Shown one piece after another: positions 11,601 through 20,196 of a stretch of DNA of 32,000 nucleotides. The notes beneath the pieces were generated by a model. It saw nothing but the letters and a program-made list of their open reading frames with translations, ran no database searches and had not been told where the DNA came from. The DNA lies in the NCBI RefSeq assembly GCF_900079115.1, contig NZ_LT549890.1:990001-1022000 (forward strand), written 5' to 3'. Made by a program: the position numbers and the translations under genes. The number at the start of each line of letters is the position of its first letter. The first letter of the stretch is position 1. This stretch comes from Saccharolobus solfataricus. GTDB taxonomy: Archaea > Thermoproteota > Thermoprotei_A > Sulfolobales > Sulfolobaceae.

Positions 11601-12435
11601 TTGCGTGTGCTACTTCAACATCCAGGCTAATCTCTCCAGCCCAACCAGTTACAATACCTAAGTTAGGATTATAGGGTCCAATTGGTACTACACTAAAGTT
11701 GGGAGGATTTGGTAATCCAGTTATTTTATCAAAATACGCTAATTGCTGTACAATGTAAGGATCGCCATAAAAGTCTAGTATTCCTATTGTAGTATTCTCT
11801 CCCTCTGTAGTAACATTGTACACTTTTTGTAACACAGTTGGCCAATAGCCTTCAAGTGGAAATGTTTGATTTATCTCTTGCTGAAAACTCTTTATTGTAC
11901 TCTCTGTAATTAATGTAGATGGATGGGCGAAGAATATTGCAGAAATGTTACTGGAGTATACATAGGCGTTTATCTTGGGATATCCGTAATTAGTGTAATA
12001 GGTTACGGAACCATTAGAGTAAACCGCATACTTAGTACCTAAATACTTCTCAACTTGCCCCACTGTACCTTTTATTACTATTACTGAGTTCGATGCAGTA
12101 AATATCACTTGAAATCCGCTACTTTTGACGTAGTTTAGAATTTGGTTATACTCTTCAGTAGGTAAGAATAACTGCTGAACCTCGTGAGGACTTAAGAATT
12201 TATGATATAATGGTGAAGCTGGATTTGAAGCTCCACTGGCGTAATAGTATAATAGATCTAGATTTTTAAGTGGTACGAAGATTGTAACTATTACCTCTTC
12301 ATTGGCATTTAGTGTTCCTATTTCTCTAAATTCTTTCAAAGTTATTGGATTCTGGTACATATTGGGATTTGATGCAAAAACTAATGGTATAATGGAAATT
12401 AATAGCATCGACATTAAAAATATATATCGATACAT
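8626..12435 (-). CDS. Secreted, membrane-anchored S53 (sedolisin/kumamolisin-like) serine-carboxyl peptidase with a long glycosylated C-terminal extension
   Basis: Signal peptide MYRYIFLMSMLLISIIPLVFA. Pro-kumamolisin-like prodomain (HKFLSPHEVQQLF...SSGFQV). Catalytic motifs GEISLDVEVAHAIAP, SSGDAGGSGY and GGTSEASPLTAG. About 37 N-x-S/T sequons by my count. C-terminal TM segment ISLAIGIIAIVLAILALV followed by RRRR. Confidence 0.85.
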   Translation of the reverse strand: MYRYIFLMSMLLISIIPLVFASNPNMYQNPITLKEFREIGTLNANEEVIVTIFVPLKNLDLLYYYASGASNPASPLYHKFLSPHEVQQLFLPTEEYNQILNYVKSSGFQVIFTASNSVIVIKGTVGQVEKYLGTKYAVYSNGSVTYYTNYGYPKINAYVYSSNISAIFFAHPSTLITESTIKSFQQEINQTFPLEGYWPTVLQKVYNVTTEGENTTIGILDFYGDPYIVQQLAYFDKITGLPNPPNFSVVPIGPYNPNLGIVTGWAGEISLDVEVAHAIAPKANITLYIANPNIPLPAIIAYITSQNKVDTLSQSFSIPESLFSSLFNGPLFYSCIILSDEYYALGSAEGITFLASSGDAGGSGYSNGPIGTVGYPSTSPFVTSVGGTTVYVQFPNGSYYQTAWSNYGFVPNNVNYGGSTGGVSIIEPKPWYQWGLPTPSTYPNGKLIPEISANANVYPGIYIVLPSNTTGITGGTSEASPLTAGVLATIESYTHHRIGLLNPILTYMAENYYGKVIEPITFGYNIPWVATYGYNLVTGYGTINAGYFEKILPTLNLSKELNVIVSVYNTSIPTVSPQQFYPGQRILVTANITYPNGSPVQTGEFKALIENYLGNLTTFNLTYNSLTKLWTGSGVLSNKASGILFVYVYGSSDGLRGIGYYETFSGYYITFNYTTTFTPVYVELGNAELGITLSNSYFQAPIGVMNITLNIYSYNITTNAYTFVTTLSVPIKNGVGVIDLPPDLSIGDLLIIAEGNAYGFDAFTNGVYMQTLFILPQVVVEPGSVSPGQHITIEGSIIPPVNLPSTTFQDALQGTNITAKLVSSNGVVINEANIPLSPNGIYFGYLYIPKNTPSGLYNVLLFATYYSYTLNTTIRGFYYGQIYVSNQATISVKSVNYAFEGQTVFIYANITNGTNEIKFGMFSATVYPSSLSFNYTTISSIIEIPLWYNPKIGEWEGNFTLPSAISAGNLTYLAGQGYFGVPFKVLITGISALGNPTTTNSGNAYTINVLPYTLFTNQTLDKTLPSYASLVNVKILNVSGNLLNDFLTNVIIVNSNVKILNGNISNIVIRNSTVLIMQSNANNITLYNSTLYAIGGSINGLNVVNSKVVPINIHIQGLYPELPSISINLPSKNVTGTVNVTVNVIGEDVSRINVYLNGNLINSFTTNGTHIVTINTQNYPDGGYNLTVTAIQSDGLSSSNSSYLYFENGLTNLNTKVNVISNQLTNVSNSLSSSISSLRTASLEYQSISLAIGIIAIVLAILALVRRRR

Positions 12436-12453
12436 ATTTGTTTATACTGTTAC

Positions 12454-12465
12454 TAATTTTTAAAC
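12454..12465 (-). promoter_or_regulatory. TATA-like box (minus strand GTTTAAAAATTA) for the S53 protease gene
   Basis: Centred about 25 nt upstream of the ATG at 12435, which is leaderless geometry. Confidence 0.45.
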
Positions 12466-12478
12466 TTTTCTACCAATA

Positions 12479-12498
12479 AGTGTACTGATCAGTGTACT
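12479..12498. repeat. Direct repeat AGTGTACT x2 (12-bp phase) embedding the 10-bp perfect palindrome ACTGATCAGT
   Basis: AGTGTACT occurs at 12479-12486 and 12491-12498. ACTGATCAGT at 12484-12493 is self-complementary. It lies about 20-30 bp upstream of the protease TATA box. Confidence 0.6.
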
Positions 12499-12605
12499 AG
12501 TATCCTCTAATTCTTCTTAAATAGAGCTATATCTATTGTTCTATCTCAATTTGGTATTATCAATTAACGTAATACTTGACAATTAGTTGGTTATAAGATA
12601 AAAAA

Positions 12606-13721
12606 TCATTGAACCTTTCTGCTCTGCTTAGTAAATAAAAGTGGCAATAAGGTAAGAACTCCTATTAGGCTACAAGACAAAGTATATATTTCAGAGGTTC
12701 TAAGACTTATCGTGTAAAGCAATGCAAATATAATACTACCTAACACACCGCCTAAAGCCTTACCAGTATATAATATACCACTATTCACTGTGGAAAACTT
12801 AAAGCCGAATATCTCCGTGGAAACGTTAAAATAGAGTGTAATTAGTGAGCCTCCTGCAAAGCCTACTAAAATCGTTGAAAGTGCTATTTCCCCTAAAAGT
12901 AAAGAAATACTACCTAACGTTAATACAATGGTAAGAAGGAACGTTGTTCTCAATATACCTAATCTATCAGCAATATAGCCGAAAATTGGCCTTAATCCTC
13001 CACTTAATAAGGGTAAGATTGAGATCAAAGTTACTAATTCTTGTTGAGGTAAACCTTTTCCTAGTATTGGTAATTCTGAAGAAAGTACTGTTAGCGGAAC
13101 TATGGAAGTTGCGAAAGAAAGGTAGATTAGCCAGAATTTGACACTTAAAACGGCTTGCCTTGGAGTCTGACCAGATAGTTTAGGAGGATAATCTGAGATG
13201 TACAAGAGAATTGGTAATAGTACTATCTCAACTAATCCTATTGCGAGTGTTACTATTCTGTAATTACCAGCCATGGATATAAAGGGATTAGCTATGGCCG
13301 AACCTATTCCAAATCCCATTGACACAATCCCAGTTGCAAATCCCATTCTTTCCCTAAACCACTTCATTGCTAGGTTTGCAGCTATTCCGTAAAGTATGCC
13401 CTCTCCTATACTACCTATTGACCAGCTTACAAAAAAGACGTAAATATTAGGGGAAAGATAAGTACCCAGAAAACCAATTGCTGATAAAATTGCTGAGATA
13501 ACCCCTATCCTTTTTGGACCTTGTTTATCAGCAAAGTGACCCCCAATTGGTTGAAAAACAGAGGAGAATACGCTGAACAACGTAAAGCCTAAGGCTATCT
13601 CAACTACACTAACATTAAATCCCTCTCTTAAGAGAGGCTCTAAAGCGTTCCAAGAATATTGGTAAAGTGAATTAAAGCACATTATTACGAAGCCAATAAT
13701 TATGTACTTGTTCCTTTTCAT
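12606..13721 (-). CDS. MFS transporter (oxalate/formate antiporter-like subfamily is a guess)
   Basis: 371-aa polytopic protein containing GGHFADKQGPKR. The minus-strand TATA-like TTTTTAACTA lies about 28 nt upstream of the ATG. Confidence 0.8.
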   Translation of the reverse strand: MKRNKYIIIGFVIMCFNSLYQYSWNALEPLLREGFNVSVVEIALGFTLFSVFSSVFQPIGGHFADKQGPKRIGVISAILSAIGFLGTYLSPNIYVFFVSWSIGSIGEGILYGIAANLAMKWFRERMGFATGIVSMGFGIGSAIANPFISMAGNYRIVTLAIGLVEIVLLPILLYISDYPPKLSGQTPRQAVLSVKFWLIYLSFATSIVPLTVLSSELPILGKGLPQQELVTLISILPLLSGGLRPIFGYIADRLGILRTTFLLTIVLTLGSISLLLGEIALSTILVGFAGGSLITLYFNVSTEIFGFKFSTVNSGILYTGKALGGVLGSIIFALLYTISLRTSEIYTLSCSLIGVLTLLPLLFTKQSRKVQ

Positions 13722-13844
13722 GAGAGGATATGTTCACAATTAGTTAAAAAGCTTACTAAAGGACTAGAAAGAAGGCATGTATATTTTTTAAACCATTACG
13801 TAAGTCACCTTTGAGCGCTTGAAAGCACTATAGGACATTAAGCT

Positions 13845-13866
13845 CTGAATTCAAGGAGGAATTCAG
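13845..13866 (-). terminator. Perfect 8-bp hairpin (CTGAATTC-N6-GAATTCAG) 3 nt downstream of the ABC-2 permease stop codon
   Basis: Arms at 13845-13852 and 13859-13866 are exact reverse complements. There is no clear T-tract after it on the minus strand, so terminator function is uncertain. Confidence 0.35.
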
Positions 13867-13869
13867 AAA

Positions 13870-14583
13870 CTATTGCCTTCTTATAACATATCTACTTAAA
13901 ATGACGAAAATGAAACCGAAAATTATTATCCCTAAACTCCATAGTAAAGATAAAGGATTACCAATGAAAGCGTAGTAAAGGGCTTGAGAGACGTAAGTAG
14001 TAGGTTCAATATAAGTCAAATAGCGAAATGGTAATGGTATAAAGGCTACTGGGAAGTAAACTGGGGCGAAGAAGGAAAGTACGAAGCTTATAATTGTTGA
14101 GTATTGATTTACGGCGTATATGTTCCTAATTCCTAAGCCTAATGCCATACCTAACATTGAAGCCATAAATAGAGACGATACCAGTGCGATAAGTAGAAAA
14201 GGAATTGATTTTATTTCTACATGAAGTAAATAACTACCTAGGACTAGGATTATTGGTATCATAATTAGTGTGGCAATACCATTACTAAGAGCTATACTTA
14301 TTGCATAGAACTCTCTCGGTATACCAGTTGCTATCATCAAGGAGAATCTGCCAGCATTTCTCTCAAATGCAAGAGATTGAGCAACAGAAGTTAAAACACC
14401 AATTGAAACGTAAAACGTTATTGTTCCAGCTACTATGAATGGCGTCAATGATCTAATTGAGATATATCCAAATACTAGCATAAATCCTATTGGGAAAAGT
14501 ATTGAGAAGAAGAGAAACACCGGTAAGTACGCCCTTATCATCTTTAGTTGCATTACAATTAAGTTAAGAAATTCACTCAACAT
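13870..14583 (-). CDS. ABC-2 type exporter permease
   Basis: 237-aa protein with about 6 TM segments. Overlaps the upstream ATPase gene by 11 nt. Confidence 0.8.
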   Translation of the reverse strand: MLSEFLNLIVMQLKMIRAYLPVFLFFSILFPIGFMLVFGYISIRSLTPFIVAGTITFYVSIGVLTSVAQSLAFERNAGRFSLMIATGIPREFYAISIALSNGIATLIMIPIILVLGSYLLHVEIKSIPFLLIALVSSLFMASMLGMALGLGIRNIYAVNQYSTIISFVLSFFAPVYFPVAFIPLPFRYLTYIEPTTYVSQALYYAFIGNPLSLLWSLGIIIFGFIFVILSRYVIRRQ

Positions 14584-15400
14584 CCTTCATCACTTGAAGA
14601 TATATTTCCTCTAAACTAGGCATTCTAACTTCAAATTTGCCGTTAATTGTCATTATGATTTTCTTGAGCTCCTCCTCACCCTTCACCTTATAGACCTTAC
14701 CGTTAGTATAATCAATTACCTCGTACCAATCAGCGAATTTCTCCTTTATTTGTGTAGGTGTTCCCTCAACTATAATCTTCCTGCTTAGAAAATATATCTT
14801 ATCGGCTAGTCTCTCTGCCTCATCCAAATAGTGAGTAGTAAGTAACATGCTCTGACCCTCCTTTCTCATGTTAAGCAATATTTCCCACACCTCCCTTCTA
14901 GCTTCAGGATCTAAACCAGTCGTGGGTTCATCAAGTATTAGGAGTTTAGGATTATTTATCAAAGCCATTGCGATTAGAGTTCTCCTCTTTAAACCTCCAG
15001 ATAGATCCCTAGCCAGAGTGTTCCTTTTACTTCTCAAATCCAATCTTTCCAATAATTCCTCTCCTCTCTTCTTAATTTCATCCTTAGAAGCTCCCTTTAA
15101 TCTCCCCATGTAATATATATTATCCCATACTGTTAGATCACCATAGGGCTCACATTCTTGCGGGATTACTCCTAAGAATTTCTTAACGTGTCTATCAGTT
15201 GGTTTCTTACCTAGAACCCTTATTTCACCCTTAGTTGGGGTTAACTCACCGTAAATTTGCTTAACGAGGGTCGTCTTACCAGCGCCATTGGGTCCCAATA
15301 ACGCTACTATTTCTCCCTCTTTAACTCTCATCGTAATGTCCTCATTTGCAATAATCTTACCATAAGCCTTCCATACGTTATTTACCTCAATGACATACAT
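14573..15400 (-). CDS. ABC transporter ATP-binding protein
   Basis: Walker A GPNGAGKTT, signature LSGGLKRR, Walker B LLILDEPTTGLD, H-loop TTHYLDE. Confidence 0.92.
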   Translation of the reverse strand: MYVIEVNNVWKAYGKIIANEDITMRVKEGEIVALLGPNGAGKTTLVKQIYGELTPTKGEIRVLGKKPTDRHVKKFLGVIPQECEPYGDLTVWDNIYYMGRLKGASKDEIKKRGEELLERLDLRSKRNTLARDLSGGLKRRTLIAMALINNPKLLILDEPTTGLDPEARREVWEILLNMRKEGQSMLLTTHYLDEAERLADKIYFLSRKIIVEGTPTQIKEKFADWYEVIDYTNGKVYKVKGEEELKKIIMTINGKFEVRMPSLEEIYLQVMKDVE

Positions 15401-15451
15401 TACAATCCTTTTTTCTGATTGAGTCCTTTTAAATTTTTCGTTAATAGTTAA

Positions 15452-16780
<1,329 letters not shown>

Positions 16781-16783
16781 AAA

Positions 16784-17880
16784 ATGAGGACTTTAGTAGG
16801 AAGTATACTCTTAACAATTTCCCAATGGTACGCCTTCTTTTTATTTTCCCAGCTCTCTTTCATAGAATTTAACGTTATAATTGGCTCAATAATTTTCGTT
16901 CTGGGTTTTATAGCAAGAATGTTAGGAAGCATAATATTTGGTTATATAGGGGATTAGGGTAAATAGGAGAGTTGCCTTAATCTTAGCTGACATTACGTTA
17001 GCAGTTTCATCCCTAATAGTGTTGATACCTAATGTCTATCCTTTAATTATTTCAAGACTTTTGCAAGGTCTTAGTTTAGGCGGGGAATGGGGTGGAGCTA
17101 GTACTATCGTCATAGAAGCGTATTCTGAACATAAATTTAGAGGGTTTATTACAAGTTTATTGCAATTATCAGTCCCAATTGGCATTATATTATCTTCACT
17201 CACTATCCTAGTAATCTATAATTACTCTGTTTACTGGCCTTACTCATTTCTCTCAATAACCTTCCTATCGCTTCTCTCATTATTGTTAGTCAAGGATATA
17301 ACTACGCAAAAGGTGACTAGAAGTGAAACACAACCACTATTAGAAGCAAAGAGACATGATTGGAAGAATATTTTAAAATCAATAGGGATTAAAGTGAGTG
17401 AAAGTGCAAACTTCTATATTTTTACCTCATATATTTTCACAAACTCATCCTCAATTTCCTTCCTCTCGTTAATAGTACTAATCTCTATTTCCTTTCAGCT
17501 CTTCCTAAATCCCATTCTTTGGCTACCTAAGTGATCTATTTGGAAGGAGGAAGGTCGTAATTATTGGGTTAATACTAATGATCCTAGCCGGTATTGTGCT
17601 ATCAAGAAGAAATTTCCTTCCAGGGGAAATACTGATGTCAATTTCGGATTCAGCTTTATATGCCCCACAATCCTCAATATTTACTGAAATATTTGATAAA
17701 AAATACAGATTCACGGTCTCAAATTTTTCCTATCAAGCAGCAAGTATACTAGGTGGTTCACTAGCACCAGTAATACTAAGAGCTAATCAATCTTCACTAG
17801 TGCTAGTCACATTATCATACGTTCTGGTGACGTTTATAAGTGTATTGCTGATTGCAGAAACTAAGGGGAAGAAAATCTAA
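16784..17880 (+). pseudogene. MFS (metabolite:H+ symporter-like) transporter gene disrupted by two +1 frameshifts
   Basis: Three consecutive frames read one transporter. Frame 2 ends FGYIGD-stop at 16955-16957. Frame 0 continues RVNRRVALILA...LQGLSLGGEWGG and stops at 17532-17534. Frame 1 continues PFFGYLSDLFGRRKV to 17880. Removing T16955 and one C of CCC 17511-17513 restores the GxxxDRxxRR and GYLSDxxGRRK MFS motifs. Confidence 0.75.
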
Positions 17881-18906
17881 TCAATCCCTCCTTATCACAG
17901 CTGTCATACAATGAATCCCACCGGCACCACCAGTCAAATTTGAAACTTCAACCTCTATTACATCATACTCTTTTTCAAGCTTCCTATTTGCGGAAATTTT
18001 AGGAGAGACAATCTTACCGTCGTCTATGGTCAAAAAATTAGTTACATACTTTTTTGCCTCATCCACACTCACTTCAATTAAATTAAATCCCTTTTCTTTA
18101 ACCACGTAATCGTATAACGTAGTCTCCCTTATGATCTTCCTATCGTAATAGACAGCAACCCTACTCTCTTCCATGAAACTCCTAACACTAACTACTGAAC
18201 TAGAAGATCCAACATTGAAGAAAGTATCCAAATGAATGAACTCTTCCCTATTCCAATGAATTATACCTATCTCTCCTCCATTCAAAATATTAAATAACTC
18301 ACTTACACCCTCTAAATCAGTTCTAACTCCAACACCTACCAGATTGAAATCACCCATTGGAAAGAAATCTCCACCTTCAAATTTACCTCTACCTATTTCC
18401 TTATATTTTATATTTAACGCTTCCCAAAACAACTTCATAACTTCAACTTCTTTTTCTCTCTGATGTGTAGCCATCCTTCCCATTATTATTCCTTTTTCCG
18501 TAGTAATCTGTTGATCCCTCATGAAATAGAGATTGGAAAGAGGGTCAGTCAGTTTAACCTCTAAGTGTGTACCTTTATCCCTCTTCTCGTAACCAAGAAT
18601 AGGTCTTAAGATCAACAACTCGACAAGGAATTCGGGATCATCATTATTAACTCCAACTTTTTCTATCACCTTCTCCCTAAATCTATCGTCTCTTCTAATC
18701 TTGTTCACAATTGTTTGTCTTAGCCTATATATTTTAACTCCTTCCTCTTTTAACACTCTTCTAAGATTATCATGTTCTCTCCTAGCTTTACTCCAATTGA
18801 ATTGCCTTTCATAAAGGAAAGATGAGGGATCTAAAAGACCCAGCATTACCTCTAAGCCAGGCTTATGCATTCCTACAGCTCTAAGCTTTCCCCACTCAGC
18901 AATCAT
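17881..18906 (-). CDS. Amidinotransferase / arginine-deiminase-fold (guanidino-group modifying) enzyme
   Basis: 341 aa. The C-terminal GGAGGIHCMT carries the catalytic-Cys motif typical of arginine deiminase/DDAH/amidinotransferase enzymes. Substrate is not assignable. Confidence 0.65.
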   Translation of the reverse strand: MIAEWGKLRAVGMHKPGLEVMLGLLDPSSFLYERQFNWSKARREHDNLRRVLKEEGVKIYRLRQTIVNKIRRDDRFREKVIEKVGVNNDDPEFLVELLILRPILGYEKRDKGTHLEVKLTDPLSNLYFMRDQQITTEKGIIMGRMATHQREKEVEVMKLFWEALNIKYKEIGRGKFEGGDFFPMGDFNLVGVGVRTDLEGVSELFNILNGGEIGIIHWNREEFIHLDTFFNVGSSSSVVSVRSFMEESRVAVYYDRKIIRETTLYDYVVKEKGFNLIEVSVDEAKKYVTNFLTIDDGKIVSPKISANRKLEKEYDVIEVEVSNLTGGAGGIHCMTAVIRRD

Positions 18907-18937
18907 TAGAATAAAATCGGCGTGAATCTAAATAAAA

Positions 18938-19351
18938 TTAAGGAGATAAACTAAGGGTAGCATTTAATATCATTTCCAGTGCGTGCTCAGTACCTTCCAT
19001 GAAGTGATCTCTATTCCAACCCTCTGTTAGTTTTAAAAGACCAGTCATAGTAACCTTCCATTCAGAAGAGATTTTCCCTTTAGAGATTTTCACCTTATTA
19101 TATCCCCTTATTGGTCCGTCTAGATATTCAAAGGTTAAGGTTCTCTCATCGTCATTTATGATTATCCTAACTTTACCCGAAGAGGGAAACGCAAACCTGA
19201 TTCTTCCCTCGTAAACATTCTTATCCACTTCCTTAACGTTTAATTCCCTAACACCCTTCCAGTAGTTTGGAATTGAATTTACATCTCTGGCTATCCGCCA
19301 TACTATATCCTCTGGCATATTGAAACTCTTCTCAATTACGAACTCTATCAT
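18938..19351 (-). CDS. SRPBCC (START/polyketide-cyclase/CoxG-like) small protein
   Basis: Composition and length fit SRPBCC (weak call). I prefer the internal ATG at 19351 (MIEFVIEKS...) because the minus-strand TTTATTAAAT/TTTTTATCC motifs sit 20-35 nt upstream of it. The track start at 19384 lies inside that TATA region. Confidence 0.55.
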   Translation of the reverse strand: MIEFVIEKSFNMPEDIVWRIARDVNSIPNYWKGVRELNVKEVDKNVYEGRIRFAFPSSGKVRIIINDDERTLTFEYLDGPIRGYNKVKISKGKISSEWKVTMTGLLKLTEGWNRDHFMEGTEHALEMILNATLSLSP

Positions 19352-19392
19352 AATGATAATAATCTCGCTCAAGGATAAAAACATTTAATAAA

Positions 19393-19677
19393 GTGATAGG
19401 TGGTTACGCTCACGGATTGGAAGATCTAGGAAGAATAGTTGTAGCCCATATAATGAGTCAAGAGCCCTTAATAATTTCTAGAGATAATGGGATTAGTTGG
19501 GATAAGGTAAGTGTAAAGTTGCCAAGACCCACATTTGGTGTAACAGCAATAGCTAAAAAGGATGAGAGAAAGGTAATTTACTCCACTACTGCAGTATACG
19601 AGGTCGATATAATAGAACAAAAGCCTATAGAGTTAGTTAAAGAGATACCAATGACGAGAAGAGTAATAAAGGTTTAA
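19393..19677 (+). CDS. Small hypothetical protein with a single BNR/Asp-box motif (possible gene remnant)
   Basis: 94-aa ORF with a GTG start. SRDNGISW matches the Asp-box S-x-D-x-G-x-(T/S)-W. It is far too short for a beta-propeller, so it is either a fragment or a spurious ORF. Confidence 0.3.
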   Translation: MIGGYAHGLEDLGRIVVAHIMSQEPLIISRDNGISWDKVSVKLPRPTFGVTAIAKKDERKVIYSTTAVYEVDIIEQKPIELVKEIPMTRRVIKV

Positions 19678-19985
19678 TCATAAGACGATGAAGCTTATGT
19701 ATAAAAGGAAAAATTTAAATTCCAAAAAGCGAAATTAATAATTTAAGATAGAGATTTTACAACAAAAATTATTTTTTAAAATTTTTCTGTGAGCCATTCT
19801 TGTTTTCCATAATACCGGCTTCATAGTTCAGTTTCTCGTTAACTATTTGCTTATATGTGAGATCTTAAAGCTATAAACTTTTTATTATATTGATTTTAGT
19901 GTAAACTCTCAATTTCCAAGAAATCTATTTCATTCAAATACTCATATTTATTGGAGTCCTCACGTTTGTGACTATTGACCAAAAA

Positions 19986-20126
19986 ATGAGAGTAAACATG
20001 TACACGTTAGCCTCAAGTCAAGTAGTAAGGTATGCAATAATAATAGCAGCAGCATCCCTACCATTAATCCTTGCAGCACTACATGTAACACACGCTGGAG
20101 AATCAATAGCACCAGGTACTGTTTAG
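19986..20126 (+). CDS. Unannotated 46-codon mini-ORF encoding a single-TM peptide
   Basis: The ORF is below the track cutoff and encodes MRVNMYTLASSQVVRYAIIIAAASLPLILAALHVTHAGESIAPGTV. TATA-like CATATTTATT (19943-19952) lies about 35 nt upstream. It has a hydrophobic core of about 20 residues. It sits in an otherwise ORF-free 513-bp gap. Confidence 0.35.
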   Translation: MRVNMYTLASSQVVRYAIIIAAASLPLILAALHVTHAGESIAPGTV

Positions 20127-20196
20127 ATACGTTAAATTCTTTTTAGAATTTTGAAGATACTATTTTTATGTATTCTCACTACTTATTCTGTTGAGT

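Noticed and set aside
13817-13827. 11-mer TGAAAGCACTA shared by two spacers (13817-13827 and ~28900-28910), considered as a common 3'-end motif
   Set aside because: Repeated 11-mers are expected many times over in a 32-kb AT-rich window, and there is no further similarity around them.
14587-14593. Other C-box-like (R)TGATGA hits, for example 1261-1266, 10948-10954, 14587-14593 (minus), ~18648 (minus), ~20549, ~22451, ~24181 and ~27190
   Set aside because: All lie inside coding sequence and lack a CTGA D' or D box at the required ~12-nt spacing.
17618-17629. Second ORB-like sequence TTCCAGGGGAAA (11/12 match) inside the MFS pseudogene
   Set aside because: It lies in former coding sequence (encodes FLPGEI). 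An 11/12 match is expected by chance at roughly the 10% level in 64 kb of two-strand sequence. It shows that near-matches occur by chance and tempers the 31171-31182 call.
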